Assembly: GCA_964619725.1 (NCBI GenBank)
Contig: CAZUFC010000094.1
Coordinates: 10,086 to 34,344, forward strand
Direction: 5' to 3'
DNA from: an uncultured bacterium
Lineage (GTDB): Bacteria > CSSED10-310 > CAZUFC01
DNA: 24,259 bases
Shown: in pieces, positions 1 to 12,000 of the stretch
How positions within the stretch are numbered: position 1 is the first letter of the stretch
Layout: every line of letters starts with the position of its first letter
The notes under the pieces: generated by a model
What the model was told of the DNA's origin: nothing
Database searches by the model: none
What the model saw: only the letters and a program-made list of their open reading frames with translations
Program-made: the position numbers and the translations under genes

Positions 1-196
1 CGCCAACCGATACCCCGACCGAAACGCCTACCTCTTCACCCACCATTACGCCCACGATATCGCCGACGACCACGCTCACGCCCACACAGTCGCCGACCAA
101 TACCCCAACGCAGACGCCAACCGATACCCCGACCGAAACGCCTACCTCTTCACCCACCATTACGCCCACAATATCGCCGACGACCACGCTCACGCC
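1..196 (+). repeat. Direct repeat (114-bp / 38-aa period) in the Thr/Pro linker
   Basis: 1-82 and 115-196 are identical except one base (g56 vs a170). Confidence 0.9.
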
Positions 197-554
197 AACT
201 CTTTCACCGACCTATACTCCAACACAAACGCCTACAAATACTTCAACCCATACTCCTACTCACACTCCCTCAATCAGCCCAACATTAATACCCTCTGAAA
301 CGCCCACTGAGACAGCCACCCAGAGCTCCACGGTTACGCCGTCCGTTACGCCTACTGAAACTCTTACCATTACTCCAACATCAACGCCTACAATAACGCT
401 GACTCCAACTTGCTCGCTTACGCCGACAATTACCCAAACTCCTACAGCTCCACCTGTTCCCGCGTTTCATCCAACCGGTTTTTGGCTGCTGATACTGACA
501 ATAACATCGCTGTTTATCGGTATACATAATAACGCCAGGATAAAAGGAGTATAA
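1..554 (+). CDS. 3' end (partial) of a surface protein: Thr/Pro-rich linker plus C-terminal IPTL-CTERM-like sorting/anchor segment
   Basis: Absent from the ORF track because its start lies outside the window. The frame starting at nt 3 is open to TAA 552-554 and reads [18 protein letters not shown]...[37 protein letters not shown]. The tail architecture matches the other two large genes. Confidence 0.85.
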   Translation, partial: PTDTPTETPTSSPTITPTISPTTTLTPTQSPTNTPTQTPTDTPTETPTSSPTITPTISPTTTLTPTLSPTYTPTQTPTNTSTHTPTHTPSISPTLIPSETPTETATQSSTVTPSVTPTETLTITPTSTPTITLTPTCSLTPTITQTPTAPPVPAFHPTGFWLLILTITSLFIGIHNNARIKGV

Positions 555-572
555 TTAGCGTTTGTCCATAAA
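553..572. mobile_element. Isolated end of MITE-like family A (AATTAGCGTTTGTCCATAAA), overlapping the upstream stop codon
   Basis: Matches AATTAGTTTTTGTCC(C/A)TAAA at 1999 and 24207. No clear partner end was found. Confidence 0.45.
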
Positions 573-1008
573 TTCGTTTTTTCGGCTAAACGTGACGCAG
601 GACAAGCGCTATGAATTTCTGAGCCACAATCGAGAAAATCTAGTCAGGCTTGTGAATCCTGTGCCGGCCCTTGCCGCCAAGGGGATTGTAAAGCTTGTTC
701 TGCTGTTGAGCGGATTCGTCGGCAAGAGAGTGAACTTGAAGTGATGCCAGGTTCTCCCGGTCATTTAATAAGCTGAGCCTCTGTAACGGCATGCCCGTAT
801 ATGATCATATGATGAGCGAATTCAAATTTTTATCGTTAAAACAAGGCGGCAGGATAGCTTGTTGACTCAACCTGTCTTAACGGATACAACTGATGAGCTG
901 TCATCGAGATGATCGGCATTTTGATGAGGAGCAGTTGAAAATAACTGTTTCAGTGATCCGGGGAAGCTTATCTGCCGGATCAAATCGTATCGTTAACGGT
1001 GGGGACTA

Positions 1009-1992
1009 ATGGCAAAGAAATCCTCCAGCAATAACGGTTTGCTCGCAATATGTGTTTTTCTTCTGCCGTTCCTGGTCCTGACCGGTTTCGGTTCCTACGC
1101 GATGATCCGCAACTCATATACGGCGCTGACATCCGATTGGCGTTCGGTGCAGGCCGTCGTGACGTCAAGCCGCAGTTTTTCCCGATCGGGACGCAACTGG
1201 GTATGTTATGAATACGCAGCAAACGGTGAACAATTCACTGGTTACGATCTATCGCCCGGAAGAACAGGGGATGTCCTTACCGTTTATTATAATGCTTATC
1301 GACCGGATACCAGTTCTGTCGAACCGTATGAAACAACTGGACCGGCGCTGACTGTTCTGATCACAATAGGAATGATTGTCGCCTTTGTTGCAGTCGGCGG
1401 CGCTTTTGCCGTTTGCTTTTCAACGCTTTGGAGTGATTACAGATCGAAAAGCCCCGTTTCGCCTGGCGGGACCAAATTTTGGTTTGTCAGAATAGTCATT
1501 GCGGGAATTTGCTTTACGTTGGCCTGGTATGCAATTTCGCCCTTTCTGGAAACGCTCCAGAAAAATACGGAGTCCAGGGAATGGCCGTCCGTTAAAGCCA
1601 TTGTTCTGGATGTGGACATTGAGGAGCGTATTCGCGTCCAGGGTGCGGGCAGAAGCAATACGATAATTCAATATTATTACGTGCCCTGCGTGCGATATTC
1701 ATATGAAATTAAGGGACAGAAATTTGAAGGCAATAATATTGCCGCCGACGACCTGGAGCTGAGTTACGGATACGCACACACGATTATAAGCGGGTATCCG
1801 CCGGGCAGCGTCTCGAAAGCTTTCGTCAATCCAGAAAACGCGGGTGATGCTGTCCTGATTCCGTATCAGCAGACTTTAAGATACAGGACCCTATACGAAA
1901 TTATCGGGATTATCCTGATGCTGCTGGGCGTAGGAAGTCTCCTGCTGCCTGGGGGTATTTTCCATTCGAAGAGCGAGTCGGAAACTGTTTGA
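1009..1992 (+). CDS. Membrane protein with two tandem DUF3592-like domains
   Basis: 327-aa ORF with a GGTGGGG-like SD upstream. It has two units of TM helix, then W.SV.A.V...Y.Y...G..F.G...G..(V)...NP/AY, then TM helix, the usual DUF3592 pattern. About four hydrophobic segments. Confidence 0.75.
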   Translation: MAKKSSSNNGLLAICVFLLPFLVLTGFGSYAMIRNSYTALTSDWRSVQAVVTSSRSFSRSGRNWVCYEYAANGEQFTGYDLSPGRTGDVLTVYYNAYRPDTSSVEPYETTGPALTVLITIGMIVAFVAVGGAFAVCFSTLWSDYRSKSPVSPGGTKFWFVRIVIAGICFTLAWYAISPFLETLQKNTESREWPSVKAIVLDVDIEERIRVQGAGRSNTIIQYYYVPCVRYSYEIKGQKFEGNNIAADDLELSYGYAHTIISGYPPGSVSKAFVNPENAGDAVLIPYQQTLRYRTLYEIIGIILMLLGVGSLLLPGGIFHSKSESETV

Positions 1993-2001
1993 CTTATCAA
2001 T

Positions 2002-2180
2002 TAGTTTTTGTCCCTAAAGGGTGAATTTTCTCCAATGATTCCTCAGGCTTCGGATTCGCTCAGTCAATATACAGGCAATAATCCGCTTACGCCAAGGCTT
2101 CAGCGAGAAAGGCGCTCATCCTTCGCATATTTGCCTTCCTATCCTTAAGAAAAATTCGCTCGTTCCTGGATATAGAACTC
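2002..2180. mobile_element. MITE-like element, family A (~180 bp, imperfect terminal inverted repeats)
   Basis: Left end TAGTTTTTGTCCCTAAAGGGTGAATTTTCT; reverse complement of right end GAGTTCTATATCCAGGAACGAGCGAATTTTTCT. The first 50 bp match 24210-24259 at 40/50 positions without gaps. Non-coding. Confidence 0.6.
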
Positions 2181-2230
2181 GCAATGTCAGGCCGTTCCGG
2201 GATTGGGCGCGTGAGCTTTATGGCGAATAA

Positions 2231-2251
2231 CGGGACTCCCAATAAGTCCCG
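2231..2251. terminator. Possible stem-loop/terminator between convergent genes
   Basis: CGGGACT-cccaata-AGTCCCG forms a perfect 7-bp stem, but the U-tracts are weak on both strands. Confidence 0.25.
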
Positions 2252-2360
2252 ACATTTCAAAAAGCATTGTTCGGGATTCTTTGACGGTAGTCGCGGGGAT
2301 AACCAGCTTTATTGATCTAATTCTTCCTTATGAAGAAAAGAATCAATGCTCACATATCTT

Positions 2361-2701
2361 GGCATTGACCGATAAAAAATTGTGAAATGTTTGACGAAAA
2401 TCCAGCAATCGATCAAAAAAAATCAAGTAAACAAAGTCCACACGCAAGCGGAATACGTATAAGGATAAGATTTAATTCATTATTTCTTAATATGTTAGCT
2501 GATGAATCGTTGTCGCGGTCGTTGCCGGTGCAGCGGTTGTCGTTATCGGAGCGCCGTGCGAAATGACTTTTAAATTCAATTTCGCCTGAATGGGCGTCAA
2601 GTTTAGATTCGACAACGATCACGATCACGACGACGAATCTATTTTTAATGTTTTTTACTTTAAACACAATGAACTCTTCCTATTATCCTAATGCCAATGC
2701 C
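2361..2701. mobile_element. MITE-like element bounded by GGCATTG...CAATGCC, with an internal hexamer-repeat hairpin
   Basis: GGCATTG 2361-2367 and CAATGCC 2695-2701. Internal ATCGTTGTCG (2506-2515) pairs perfectly with CGACAACGAT (2610-2619), flanked by (GTCGTT)n-like and (ACGATC/ACGACG)n-like units. The same CAATGCC terminus ends the elements at 16275 and 23649. Confidence 0.45.
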
Positions 2702-2821
2702 GCTTGCGGGGGGATATAGGGGGGTAAAAACTGCACAATTTTTATGCCGAGCCTCAGTGTAAAAAAAATCAATTGATTTCAATATGTTAGGTTGTCCTTG
2801 TCAGGAGTTCTGATGCTTGAG

Positions 2822-2901
2822 AGGGACCAAAAGGACATGAAAGAGCGACAAACATGCCGTCCCTTAAGTCCTTTATGTCCTTACCTGTCCTTCAAGTCAT
2901 T
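2822..2901. repeat. Inverted array of ~9-bp-spaced A(A/G)GGAC / GTCC(T/C)T units
   Basis: AGGGAC 2822 and AAGGAC 2831 face GTCCCT 2859, GTCCTT 2868, 2877 and 2887, and GTCATT 2896. Confidence 0.6.
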
Positions 2902-3071
2902 TTGATCTTTCAGAGTGTATTTTATAACCTGATAAAGAAACTTCTCTGACGGCGACCTTGATTGCTCTATAAGGAAGTCCGCTTTAAGCGCTCTGGCGTT
3001 TCTTTCCGCAACCCGGTTTTGCGCGATGACCAGGAAAAGAGAGGAATAGTAACTGTTTAGAACGTCTTGTT

Positions 3072-6000
3072 TTACAGCATCTTGCGTCGGCGTATTTTTC
3101 CTCCTTTAAAGGTCAGGCAACCCAGGGCGAGAATCAGAGCAATGATGCCGATCCAGGAGAGCGCAGGAATTTCACGATAACAATGTTTTGATGCTTCGGC
3201 GGTATTACCGTAAGCGCCCATATTGATTCTGCCGCCGTTGGGCAGGGGTTCGTTATTGAATTCATCTCCGGGGTCGCCGGCGTCGATGCAGGGGGAGCAA
3301 TAATCGTCGGGCTCCCAGGCGCCGCCGTGAAAGCTTCCGACCAGAGATTGGAGATGAAAATCAGAACCAGGCGGGTCTAGGAACAGGGGGTTTTCATTGA
3401 TATTGCCGTCGCCTTCAAATCCGCCCTGTACATTACAGTATGTGATATTTATGCCGGAAACGCCTGAGGTACTTATTTCGTCGGGCGTATCATTCCATAA
3501 AATACAGTTTTTGAACAGGGGCGCTGAATTCAGGCAACTGACGGCGCCGGCGTTAATGCCTGCCGAGTTTTCAGTAAATGTACAATTGATGAAACTCGGA
3601 TTGGAGTACCAACAGGAGACTCCGCCGCCGTTATCCTGGGTTGAATTGCCGATGAGCAGGCAGTTTTTGATGAGTGTTTCCGGTTCGCTGCCGGCGAAGT
3701 GTAATCCGCCGCCCTGATCCAGCGAGGAATTATATGAAACGGTGCAATTTTCCATCGTGCAAGCTGAACCTATATCGCAATATACGCCGCCGTTGTGTAA
3801 GCCGTAGTTGTCATTAATGGTGCAGGCTATAAGGTGGGGCGCTGCGTTATAGCTGTAAACGCCTCCGCAGTGTTCGGCCGTATTCTCAGAGACAGAGGAG
3901 TTCATTACTGTTGGATTTGAATAGTTTCGGCAGTATAAGGCGCCTCCCATGCCGTCTGCCGTGTTGTTTATTAACGTGCAGCCGTTGATTACGGGAGATG
4001 ATGAATTCTCGCAGTATATGCCGCCGCCGTCCGAGTCTGAGATGCAGTTCGAGATGATGCATTCCACTATGGTGGGCGATGAATTCTGAATATAAACGCC
4101 CGCGCCGTAATCAGCTTCGCTGTTACGAACCGTAATGCCGTTTATAATTGTATCAGCGCCTTCTCCTCTGAATATAATGAAGCCCCTGCCGCCTGATTCG
4201 CAATCCATTATACAGTTCTCTGCTCCGCTTATCGATGTCACGGTTATTTTCTTACCCTTCAGATCGATGTTCCTGTTTTTGTCGCCTGTATATGTTCCAT
4301 CGTCGATCAGCACAGTATCGCAATCCAGGGCTGCGTCTACAGCGCCCTGTATCGTGATGGCATCCTGCGGAACCTGGATGACTGCGCAGACATGCGTCGG
4401 CGTGCTGGAAGGCGTAACGACTTCTGTGGGAGTCCTGGTCGGCGTAGGAGAATAGGTTTGGCAGTTTTCAAAGGCTTGCTGGAAGTTGAAGTCACCGCAG
4501 CTTTCAAAAGAGTCAATCACGGCGAAATAGTTGCCCGGTTCCAGTGCGGCAAGAGTGATGGATTCGCTTTCTCCTGGACCGTTAACGTCGGCATAGATGA
4601 AGCAGTCCTCAGGATCAGGGCCGTCCATGATGAGCAGAACGGGATCATATTCAGAAGGCGTAACGTTATCGATGCTGATCGTAACGTCGCAGTATTCATG
4701 GTTGACGATGAGAATGCCCAGGTCTTCGCCGGCCAGTCCCGTTATGCCGCATCCGTAATCCTCGTAATCGTTAATGAGGCCGCAATTGGTTTGAGAGAAG
4801 GGGGTCGGGGTGTAAGTTGGAGTCGGACTGGGAGTGGATGTTTGACAATTGTCGAGAGAATAGGAGAGGTCCCAGTAACCGCAGTTTTCATACGAGTCGA
4901 CCACTGCGTAGTAATTTCCCGTCGGTATGTCGTTGATGGTGATGCTTTCGCCGAGTCCCGGTCCGTTGTCGTCTGCGAAGGCGATGCAATACATGGGCGC
5001 AGGTCCGTCCAGCAGCAGGAGGACGGGATCGTAGTCTCCGGGAGAAACATTGTCGACAGAAAGCGTTACGTCGCAGACCTGATCGACGACGAAGAATGTG
5101 ATGAAATCCTCTCCGTTCAGGTCGAACATACCGCAGGCATAATCCTGCCAGTCGTCGTACCATCCGCAGTTGGTTTGAGGAATCGGCGTTTCGGTCGGGA
5201 TAGTCGTCGGCGTCAAGCAATTATCCATGGTGATGGAAATATTCCAGAATCCGCAACCTTCGTAAGAATCGACTACGGCGTAGTATGTTCCGGGTTGCAT
5301 TGCCGTCAAGGTTATCGTTTCGGCTGATGAGGGACCGCTATCGTCGGCAAAGTCTATGCAATATTGCGGTCCCGGACCGTCAAGCAGCAGCAGGATGGGA
5401 TCGTAATTTCCAGGGGTAACGTTGTCGATAGCCAGGGTAACGTCGCATGTCTGATGAACGACGAAGAAGGTGATTAAATCTTCGCCTTCCAGCCCCTCAA
5501 GGCCGCAGGCATAATCCTGCCAGTCGTCGTACCATCCGCAGTTGGTTTGCGGAATCGGCGTGCCGGTGGGAATAGCTGTGTGCGTCGCTGTAGGCGAAGG
5601 CGTCGCGGTCGCAGAGGGCGTATCAGTCACGAAGATCGTAGGCGAATATGTAGGCGTATTTGTCGCCGTATCGGTAGGAATCGGCGAAGGCGTAAAGGTC
5701 GGAAGGCTTGTCGGCGTGTCAGTGGGCAGCGGGGAAGGCGTATCGGTCGGAGTATCTGTCGGCGGGGCCGTCGGAGACTCTGTAAATGTCGGAGTTAATG
5801 TAGGAGTATCTGTCGGCGTTTGAGTAGCCGGCGCTGCTGTGGGCGTGGCGGAAGGACTTGGAGGAATGTAATAATGATAGCCCATATCTGCTGTTCCGTC
5901 ATCCGGGACGTGATTCGTTCTCGTGAAGGCTTCGTTCATAAAGAAAACTCCAGAGTAGGGCAGATACACGCAGATGTCCGCTGCGGATTGATCGCCTGCA

Positions 6001-9000
6001 TCGACGCAGGGACTGTCCAGAAACTGTCCTGAATCCTTCTGGCTGAGGTAATAATCGCCGTATTCGCCCGAAACGAAAAGAGGATCGCTCGAAATGTTTC
6101 CGGCGCCGGAATAACCGCTTTGCACGTCTGAGAACGTTACTACGGGATAGGAAATTCCGGCCCTGGTTATCTGGTTCGGCGAGTTTCCCCAGGCTATGCA
6201 ACTCGTTATTATCGGCGAACTGTTGCTGCACCTTATGGCGCCGCCGTTTGTGGATGCGTTCTGGTTGAATGTGCAGTGCATAATGTTCGTGTCTGAGCTG
6301 TTGCAGTAAATCCCGCCTCCGTTGCCCGATGAACTGTTGTTCCAGAAGATGCAATTGGCTATGGTCGGCGGATTCAGATAAGAATAAATTCCAGCGCCGC
6401 CGGGCATATTGCCTGTTGAATTTTCAAATATAATGCAGTTAGAGATGGTCATCCGGGACCCGTCGCTGTGAATGCCTCCGCCAGAGTAGCCTGCGCTGTT
6501 GCCGGAAACGGTGCAGTTCGCCGGCGCTGTCGAGCTGGAATAGGAACCTATGCCTCCGCCGTAACGGTTGTAATTATTCGTAATTGTAGAATCAACAATG
6601 GCCGGCGAAGAGAATATGCAATCAATTCCGCCTCCTCTCCCGCTGTTTCCCGAATTCTGCTCAATCGTGCACGCTATCACGGCAGCAGTCGACATATAAC
6701 AGGCGATACCCGCGCCGTTACGGCCCGATCCTACGGAATTGTTGATGACAGTGCAATTTTTGATCGTCGGCGAACTGTTCCGGCACAATATGCCGCCACC
6801 GTCCTCACCGGGATTTCCGTTTTGAACAGTGAATCCGTCGACGATGGAATTACTCGTTTCTTCCGTGTGAAAGTGGAAACCCCGGCCGCTGACCTCACAA
6901 TCGATGATGCAGTTTTCCGGTCCGTTTTCCGAAACCACGCTGATTTGTTTACCGGCAAAATCAAGGTCCTTGTTGCCGGCGCCCGTATAAACTCCGTCAG
7001 CGACCAGGACCATGTTGCCTTCCGCTGCAGCATCAATAGCCGCCTGAATGGTTGCATAGTCGCCGGGAACATGTATGACGGCATTCGGCGTCGGCTGCGC
7101 CTGTGTCGGCGATGGAGTAGGGGATGGCGTAGGACTGGGGAAAACCGGGTAATAATGACAACCCATGTCGACCTGTCCCTCGTCGGGCACGCTGTCTGTC
7201 CGCGTAGTCATTTCATCCATGCAATTCAGATAGTAACAGATATTCGTCGCCAGATCGCTGCCCACATCGATGCAGGGGCTGTCCAGGAATTGTCCTGAAT
7301 CCGTCTGGCTGAGGTAATAACTGCCGTATTCTCCTGCTGTGAAAAGCGGATCGTCGCTGATGTTTCCCGTGCCTGAATGGCCGTTCTGGACATCGGAATA
7401 TACGACTTCAGGATAGGATATGCCGGATGCTCGTATCTCATTGGTTGAATTGCCCCAGGTTATGCAGTCGGATATGAAGGGAGATGAATTGCTGCAATTG
7501 ACCGCTCCGCCGTTGGTTGACGCGTTGGCTGTTATAGTGCAGTTCCTTATGTCAGCATCCGAACTGTCGCAATATATTCCGCCTCCGTTGCCGGAAGAGG
7601 TGTTCTTTGTGAATATGCAATTGACTATCTGCGGGGGATTCAAATAACAATAAAGCCCTGCGCCGCCCGGCATGTTGGAGGTTGAATTTTCAGAGATCAC
7701 GCTGTTGGAGAGGGTCATGGATGAACCGTCGCTGAAGATGCCGCCGCCGGCATATCCGCCGCCGTTGTTCTTTATCAGGCAGTCTGTAACGATAGGAGAA
7801 CTTGAATATGAACCCAGGCCTCCGCCGTACCGGTTGTAGTTGCCTGTTATCATGCAGTCGATTATGAGCAGGGAGGAGTAAATGCAGTCTATTCCGCCGC
7901 CTCGACCGCTTGTCCCGGAATTTCGCGTTACCGTGCAATTCACAATTGATGCTGAAGAGGTATCGCAGTAAATTCCAGCGCCGTTTGAACCTGAACCGAC
8001 TGAATTGCCGATGAGGGTGCAATTCCTGATCACAGGCGAACTTGCTGTGCATAGAATCCCGCCTCCGTTATTGCTGCCCGGATGGCCCCTCATTATTGTG
8101 AATCCATCGACAATAGAATTCTCATCCTCATTCGAATGAAAATAAAAGCCGCGTCCCTCTTCCTGACAGTCAATAGCGCACCGGTTCGGTCCGTTTTCCG
8201 ATTTCACGGTTATCTTCTTGCCGTAGAAATCAAGATTCTTGTTGCCCGTACCAAAATAGGTTCCGTCAGCCACCAGCACATGATTACCCTCGGCTGCAGC
8301 ATCAATGGCCGCCTGGATCGTCCCATAGTCGGCGGGGACATGAATAACGTTATTGGGAGTAGGCGGAACAGCGGTCGGCGACGGCGTGTTTGTCGGAGCA
8401 GGCGTCGGTGAAAGCGGCGAATAATGGAAGCCCATGTCCGCCTGTCCCGCATCTTCCACGCTGTCGGTCCTGGTCGTCAGTTCATCCAGGCAGTTCAGGT
8501 AATAGCAGATATCTGACGCGAGATCGCTGCCCGCGTCCACGCACAGACTGTCGATGAATTGTCCTGATGCTGTTTGACTCAGGTAATATTCTCCATAGCT
8601 GCCCGTTACGAACAACGGATCGCTGTTGATATTGCCTGTCCCCGAATATCCGTTTTTGACGTCGGAATAGACCACCTCCGGATAAGATAATCCTCCGGCC
8701 CTGATTTCATTCGGCGAGTTGCCCCAGGCAATGCAATTGATAACGAAGGGCGATGAGTCGGCGCAATTGACGGCGCCTCCGCTGGTTGACACATTTCCCG
8801 TCATCGTACAGTTCATTATTTCCGCATCAGAGCTGTCGCAATATATGCCGCCTCCGTTACCTGTGGAGACGTTGGCGGTAAAAATGCAGTTTTTAATGAC
8901 AGGCGGAACATGACGGCAGTAGAGACCTCCTCCTCCCGGCATGTTGCTTGTTGAATTCTCAATAATCATGCAGTTTGAAAGCGTCATTGATGAACCGTCG

Positions 9001-12000
9001 CAGTGAATGCCTCCTCCGGAATACTGTCCTGCGTTGTTTTTGATAAGACTGCCGGTTACCAGGGGAGAAGATGATAGCGTCGCCATCCCGCCTCCGTAAC
9101 GGTTGGAATTGCCTGTAACCGTACAATTTATAATGATCGGAGAAGAATGAACGCAATAAATGCCTCCGCCGTGACCGCTCGATCCTGAATTACGGATTAT
9201 CGAGCAATTGAGGATCGTCGGCGATGCAGAATGGCATGATATCCCGGCGCCGCCGGCGCTCGAACCGATTGAATTTCCGATGACAGTGCAATTTTTGATC
9301 AAAGGAGAACTTTCAGAGCACAATATTCCGCCGCCGTTGTTGTTCCCGGGATGTCCCCGCATGATCGTAAAACCGTCAACGACCGAATACTGATCTTCTC
9401 CTGAATGGAAATAGAAACCCCTGCCGCTTCTTCCAGCGTCTATGGCGCAATAAGCGGGTCCGTTTTCCGAGGCGACCGTTATGTTTTTACCGTAAAAATC
9501 AAGGTCTTTGTTTCCCGTGCCGTGATAGGTACCGTCTGCGACCAGGACCAGGGCGCCTGCAGCCGCCGCATCAATGGCATCCTGAATAGTTGCATATTCG
9601 TCGGGTACATGAAGAATACCGCTGGGCGTAGGCGGAATCTCAGTGGGTGAGGGTGTAGCCGTAGGCGTGGGAGAAGGGGCAAGCGGCGGATAATGATATC
9701 CCAGGTCAACCTGTCCTGAATCCGGTACGCTGTCTGTCCTGGTCGTCAATTCATCCAGGCAGTTAAAGTAATAACAGAGGTCTGCCGCTGCATCGCTTCC
9801 GATATCGACGCAAGGGCTGTCGATGAATTCGCCCGCGGCCGTCTGGCTGAGGTAATAAGCGCCGTAGTCGCCCGCCGCAAAAACAGGGTCCTCGTTGATG
9901 TTGCCCGTTCCTGAATAGCCCCCTTGTACATCAGAATATACGACGTCAGGATAGGCTATTCCGGAAGTCCGAATTTGATTGGGCGTATTTCCCCAGGCAA
10001 TGCAGTTGGTGATAATTGGCGAAGAATTACTGCAGTAAACCGCGCCGCCTGTAGTCGCTCCATTGCTGATGATCGTGCAATTCATCATATCTGCGTCGGA
10101 ACTTTCGCAGTATATGCCTCCGCCGGGCCCCGATGAAGCGTTGCTCGCAAAGATACAGTTGGTGATCTCCGGAGGATTGAGATAACAGTAAAGTCCCCCG
10201 CCTCCCGGTGAGTTGCTTGTCGTATTCTGCATTATGACGCTGTTGGATAACGTAATGGATGAACCGTCGCTGTATATCCCGCCGCCTCCATACTGGCCCG
10301 CGTTATGTTTTATCAGACAATCCGTAACCAGCGGCAGGCTGGAATAAAATCCCAGACCTCCTCCATAACGGATGGAATTGCCGGTTATGCTGCTGTTGAT
10401 TATGACAGGAGACGAATACACGCAATCGATCCCGCCCCCGCGGCCGCTGCTTCCGGAATTCCTGGTTATTGAACACGAAATGATTACGGGCGAGGAAGAA
10501 ACGCATGAGATGCCGGCGCCGTTTGAGCTTGAACCCACTGTGTTGTTGATAATCGTGCAATTCCTGATGGTCGGTGAACTCGAAGTGCACAAAATGCCGC
10601 CGCCGTTCTGACTGCCCGGATTACCTTTCATAATGGTGAAACCGTCCAACACGGAATTTTCATCTTCATTATGCTGAAAATAAAAACCCCGGCCGCTGTT
10701 TTCGCAGTCAATAGCGCAGTATTCCGGGCCGTTTTCCGAGACTACCGTTATTTTTTTGCCGTAATAAGTAAGGTTCTTGTTGCCTGAGCCGAAATAGGTT
10801 CCGTCAGCTACCAGCACATGATTCCCCTCTTCCGCGGCATCAATCGCCGCCTGAATGGTGTCGTAGTCGCCCGGAACGTGAAGTATTCCGCTCGGCGTCG
10901 GAGGGATGCCGGTCGGCGAGGGGGTAGCTGTGGGCGAAGGCGTCGGTGATAACGGCGGATAATGGTATCCCATATCGACCTGGCCTGCATCCGTTACGCT
11001 GTCCGTCCTGGTCGTCAACTCGTCCAGACAACTCGGATAATAACAAAGATTCGCCGCAGGATCGCTCCCCGCATCAACGCAGGGACTTTCATAAAATTGA
11101 CCCGCAGCCGTCTGACTTAAATAAAAGTCTCCGTATCCGTCCACGCAGAACAATGGATCGCTGTTTATGTTCCCCGTGCCTGAATAACTGCCCTGGACAT
11201 CCGAATAGAATACGTCCGGATATGACACGCCGGACGTCCTTATTTCATTGGGCGAGTCGCCCCAGGCAATGCAATTGGTTATCAGCGGCGAAGAATGATA
11301 GCAATATACCGCACCGCCGCTCGTTGATGCATTGAGCGAAAAAGTGCAGTTCGTTATTTTAGGGTCTGAATTGTCCGAATATATCCCGCCGCCCGGTCCT
11401 GATGAGGCGTTACGCGAAAATTCGCAATTGATGATGAAAGGCGGATTAAGGGTGCAGTAAAGTCCGCCGCCGCCTGGTGAATTGGATGTCGAGTTCTCTG
11501 TAACGGTGCAATTGGATAAGGTCATGGATGACCCGTTGCTGTGAATTCCCCCGCCCGAATACTGCCCCGCATTATTTTTAATGAGACACCCGGTTACGAT
11601 CGGGGAACTGGAATAACAGGCTATTCCTCCCCCGTGGCGAGTTGAATTACCGCTGATCGTACACTTGATCACATGCGGCGATGAATACTGGCAATAAATG
11701 CCCGCACCGCTGCCGGAACTTCCTGAGTTACGCGTTATCGTACAAGAGACTATTGTTGCGGAAGAATTATGACAGGCAATCCCCGCGCCGTTTCTGCCCG
11801 AACCCACGGTGTTGCCGATTACCGTGCAATTCCTTACCGTCGGCGAACTGCCGGAACAGAAAATACCTCCGCCGTTCTCAGAACCGGGATTCCCTCTCAT
11901 GATCGTAAAACCGTCCACCACGGAATAAGAATCTTCCCCGTTATGAAAATAAAAGCCGCGACCGCTGTTCCCGCAGTCTATGGTGCAATATGATGCTCCG

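Noticed and set aside
562..776. 60-aa ORF, and an alternative frame with a Cys cluster (CESCAGPC...CKAC)
   Set aside because: The first starts inside a repeat end and has no recognisable motif. The Cys frame has an upstream stop and no start codon.
861..893. GTTGA-C-TCAAC palindrome, TTGACT-17-TACAAC promoter-like spacing and a possible IS end (AACGGATACAACTG)
   Set aside because: Weak -10 box and no partner inverted repeat in the window; insufficient support.
3072..3400. Autotransporter (type V) assignment for the Pmp-like protein
   Set aside because: No C-terminal beta-barrel or terminal aromatic residue; it ends in a TM helix plus basic tail.
5131..5561. Diversity-generating retroelement TR/VR pair suggested by near-identical repeats
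   Set aside because: Both copies are in-frame coding domain repeats, with no adenine-specific mismatch pattern and no reverse transcriptase in the window.
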